DNA of 64,000 bases from Tricharina praecox (Eukaryota). Made by a program: the position numbers and the translations under genes. The stretch is taken from the NCBI RefSeq assembly GCF_024521635.1, contig NW_026250409.1:1-64000 (forward strand), read 5' to 3'. Numbering within the stretch: position 1 is the stretch's first letter; every line of letters starts with the position of its first letter. A model generated the notes under the pieces. That model ran no database searches, was not told where the DNA came from, and saw only the letters and a list, made by a program, of their open reading frames with translations. Shown here one piece after another: positions 59,758 through 64,000 of the stretch.

Positions 59758-61495
59758 GCTGGCTGCTGGTTGCGGCGAGGGAGAAATGGTGTTGCGTTCT
59801 TTCGTTCTTGCGTTCTCAGGGAGGTGGAGGAGGAGGAGGAGGAGTCAACTCGTCCGTCCGCTAAAGGTATATATCGCGAGTCGTCGATCCGTCAGGTACG
59901 GGGTGTTTATGGAGGCAGCGCAAGTTTTGGACGACAGAGGGCGTCCCTGACGGAACCCTCCTAATATACACAGTCCCTACACAGCGGTTCCGAGAACCCG
60001 AGGGAGAGAGGGAAGGGAAATGTATCCCCTTCCACTCCCGTTCCACTCCCGTTCCCCTTCCCTTCCAAGTTCCCAGCCCCGAGGTTTCGCACCTATCGAT
60101 CGAAGCCCGGGGAGGAAGATAAAGCTCGGCTACGAGCTCCTGACCAGGCATGCAGGCAGGGCATGTCGCTGATTGAACCCCTGCATGAGTGACCAGCCGT
60201 GCTGCGTGCATCGTCATCCCAGGTCCCGGGTGCACACGCACGTGCATATTATGAGATGCCACCGCATCTCGCAGTGCAGCGTATACGGGTATACACATGG
60301 TTAACTGCCGCCCGAGAGGGTCGAGACATAACGAGTGGATATATCGGGGAAACAGCCAATTAGGCGGGAATCGTAAACACATCTGTACCATTAGAATTGA
60401 CCGGTAAAGAAGAACCAGGTATGATACCGGTAGGTACTCGGCCAGGACCAGCGACATCGCGAGCTGAGCGTAGCGTTCTACTAGTAGTAGTTAGTAGTAA
60501 GTACCAGGTCCGGCCACGAATCAACATCATCAGCTGGAAGGTGGAACACGTCGCGGACTCGCGGACTCGCGGCGATCTAGAGTAGAGCGGAGTATAGTAG
60601 ACGCCTTCTCACGGGATCACGGGATCCCGCCCCAGTCGCCCTAGCCCCGACTCCCCACAGCCGCACAGCGTGCGATAGGTAATTAATCCTAGCCGTTCCA
60701 CGCGAGCAGGGAGTCCACCTAACTCTAACTACCGATCAACGGAATAATAGAACAATGGAAGAAGATCAATGGAAGGGGATCAATAGAACGATGGAAGGAG
60801 CGTTGCAGGCTTGCCGCCGCAGAAATCCCCGGTGGACTCGCGATGAGGGATGAGGGATGAGAAATGAGCGATGAGGAAGTGCGCGTGGGTCTTGTGCTCC
60901 GCTACGCCTTGTGGATACTTAGCCAGATAACTACCGGCCGCTCAGCGCGCAGGTGGAACATCAAGTGGGTACATACCGGTATGTATGCTTACCGCATCGT
61001 TGCTGCATCGTTGCAGTACCGTACTACTAGTTAGTAGAGAAGCAGAGAACACAGAGATAGAGAAGTATCTATGTGGAGTAGAAAACTTCGGCACGTGCCC
61101 CTGACGTTCTTCCTGGCCCGACACTGGCCCGACAGAGCTGAGCTGAGCTGAGCTGAATCCCCTGTTCCACTCTATACCCACTAGTAGTAGACGGGAGTCG
61201 GGACTCTCCCACGACGTTCCCGCGAGACGAATGCTCTCGGACGCGATAAGCAAACTGCGATGATAGTAGGTACTAGTAGTACCCCACAACCTCGCGGACG
61301 ATCCGGCGGACTCTGGTGGGCTCTGGCGGGTTGGTTTGGCGTAGGGCCGTTGCGGAGACGTTCCATGAGTAGTTACCTTGTATCTACCGGTATCTGAATT
61401 CAGCTGCGTCATTCCTTTGGAGATCCAGTTGACAGCTATATACTAACTACTGTATTACCTGTTGCCACAGTCGTTTAATGAGAGTATAGTACGAG

Positions 61496-61800
61496 GTGGG
61501 TTATGAAAGCCTCGCGGGTTCAAAATTCCGCTCGGAGCGAAATCACCAGGCAGTGATCATGGCTCAGTGGTAGCGAATTTCCCAGGTGGTGAGAAGATCC
61601 ATCGGCTGTACAAGGCTAAAGCCTTGGGGAGGACGCTCTTTTGCTGCGGTTCAATACGTGGCTCAGTTTGTTTCTTTCTTTTTTTTGATTTCTGTGGTGC
61701 TGCGTGGGTGCGCAGTCGAGTGATTGTTTTGTGGGCGAACCATCGACGAGCATCACGAAAACGGCGCCTAAGCGGCTAACCCGGAAACTGACGGGACCTC
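61496..61800 (+). repeat. tRNA-like dispersed repeat, copy 4
   Basis: Colinear with 13037-13345. Confidence 0.8.
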
Positions 61801-62445
61801 AAACACCTCACTACCCGACGAAGCAGCTAAGGAATACATACCTCCCCAACATCGACTTTCATGCACTCGAAGCATGCCGATGTGAATACCGAGTCCAAGC
61901 AACCCTAACTGTCAGCAGCGGCGCCACATCGTGCTGGCCGGTAGCGGGGCCGCAACCTACGGCCGGCCAGAGTGGGCAGGAAATGAGTGCGGCGGTTCGC
62001 CATAGTCTAGATAGGCTGCATGCTAAATAAACTGGAGATCTCTCTCTCTACCCTTACTGTCAACATCAGCCGCGGCCCCCGGGCCCGCACATCTCTATGG
62101 TGAGATATATGAGGGATGGAAGAAGGTTGAGAGGAAGCGGAAAAGGAAAGGGAAATGTAAAGGGGAGGAGAGAGATGTGGGATTGGGAAGTGAGGGAAGC
62201 CTCCCGTCGTGGGTTGATAATGCTCGTAGCAGGGGCGGCGTATTTGTGACCGTCTTCATTGGCGGAAGCAGGAACGCCAGGCCGCAAAAGGCACGCAACC
62301 CCCATAGAAAGCAGTCGGAAGACTTCAAACGAAAGGACAGAGGGCAAGTGGGGAGAGCGGCCGAGTCAGTCTGTAGGAGGGAGGGAGGTGGGAGAGAGTG
62401 GGTATGCAGGCCCATATGAGCCTTTACCGTGTATTTACATTGCTG

Positions 62446-62552
62446 GGACAGGTCAGGGCGGAGGGTAGGATACAATTAAGAAATATATATGGAAATGGAG
62501 AGAGTGCGCTACCATTCAGCAATCGTCTACCTATTCTGGGGGTTCTCTGTGT
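62446..62552 (+). repeat. Short dispersed repeat, copy 2
   Basis: Matches 12890-12990. Confidence 0.7.
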
Positions 62553-63809
62553 ATTACCATGGTGGACATGTATTGGAGCATCGTGCTCGTGGACAAAATG
62601 CAAACCGAAGCGCATACTCAATCAACCGTGCTTATGAATATCCTGTCATCTCGCAAACCGAGTCTTTTTCGTCTTCATTGCCCACCCACTTTCAGGTCTG
62701 CCGGATCCACCACCGCAGAGACTACTGTCAAATGAGCGTTCGGAGATGTGGCCGTCGGGTAGTGACGCCGGGGCGCCGCTGGACGCCGCCGCCGGACGAG
62801 CGGCCACCAGAGGCAACGAACGGGTGTGTGTATAGATAGAGGCCTACCTCCGTGTGTATAGACAAGTCAAGTAAACCAGACGATATATTTGACAACTACG
62901 AATGCCGAGCATGTGAATTGAGAGCGGTTAAGGAGCTATATTAGTAGCATACAAGTCCCTTCCCGCCCCGACGCAATTCCAAGCCTTGACTTTCCATTGA
63001 CCCTACTCTTTTCCTCGCTATGTACAATTCAACTTCACGCACACCGCGGCCCCAACGACCCATCATAATCCATTCCAAGCCAACGTTTCACGCATCGAGT
63101 CCGTACCCCTTGTAGACTCCAACACTGTGCGCACGGAGCCGCTGATGGTTGATAGGACCATGAGGGTGCTGAGGTAGATACGCATTACGGAGGAGGAGGG
63201 AGGAGGAGGGAGGAGGAGGAGGCCTAGAGGTAGCGCTCTATGGGCAATGAGTGGATGGAAGAATTTGATACATCCTATGGGGTAACAATGCCTCTTTATT
63301 GCTTACTTGGCCATCACTAAAGTAAATGCTTATATGTTAGCATGTTGAAATATACGGGTAGACAGATGATGATATTCTATTGGATACAGAAGACGAACCT
63401 ATCGTCTACGGCGCAGACCTCTATTTAAGACTGAGAGGCTACCAAAGGTTGGCCGCCGAACAAAGTTGGCCGCTTATCAGAGTCCGCCGGGCCCGCTCAT
63501 CAGAGTTCGCCGCCGCCGCGTAACCATATACTCGTCCATGGTTCATAGTGGCCGTCGAGACTCTTCCAGAGCCGAGACTCTTCCACCGCCAAACCTTAAC
63601 TCGTGGCGAGATCTCCGGGCGACTAAAGTTTGACATAGCATACACAAGGCATAGTACCGTACTTAGCTACAATGCGTAAATAAATACTACGTCATTATCA
63701 TCAACAAGATGTAAAACGGTCGGAAATCACAATCACGAAACGATTACAGCTCATGCGCGTCAATGCCCCTCGAGTCACCATTCACAATACGAATCAAAAA
63801 GAGGGTATT

Positions 63810-64000
63810 AAAACAAAAACATAAATCAAACAAAAACAAAAACAAAAACAAAAACAAAAACAAAAACAAAAACAAAAATAAAAACAAAAACAAAAACAAA
63901 AACAAAAACAAAAACAAAAACAAAAAACAAAAACAAAAACAAAAACAAAAAACAGAAAATAAAAACAAAAACAAAAACAAAAACAAAAACAAAAACAAAA
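63810..64000 (+). repeat. (AAAAAC)n hexanucleotide tract running off the window edge
   Basis: About 190 bp of CAAAAA units. Confidence 0.97.

Noticed and set aside
63810..64000. Telomere
   Set aside because: The unit is AAAAAC, not TTAGGG/CCCTAA; treated as a microsatellite. The 84-aa FL-repeat ORF is an artefact.

Overview
Eukaryotic, intron-containing fungal DNA from a filamentous ascomycete; a Pezizomycete is my unverified guess from the gene and repeat style. There are two compact housekeeping blocks: MVD1/ERG19-CYT2-KU70 at 7.7-12.4 kb, and DAK-IMP1-MRPL35-YML6-EHD3 plus an ATF/CREB bZIP at 40.6-51.3 kb. The window also holds an intron-containing tRNA-Asn(GTT), a cytochrome P450 and an F-box/ankyrin gene. 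Between these lie accessory stretches: nested Ty3/Gypsy chromovirus debris with three LTR families (0-6 kb and 22.5-29.3 kb), LINE ends, a MYND-finger pseudogene, and three decayed paralogues of a HeLo-like-N + ankyrin + Cys-rich gene (31.6-40.2 kb). The most notable signal is a 409-bp non-coding LTR mini-element (TRIM) with 111-bp LTRs. Its primer-binding site is the exact 11-nt complement of a sequence inside its own LTR, which suggests Tf1-type self-priming, and four further solo or partial LTR copies are present. Also notable are a four-copy dispersed repeat built from tRNA-like arms and the HeLo-like/ankyrin array with an unassigned conserved Cys/His domain. All coordinates and translations were read by eye; no database searches were run.
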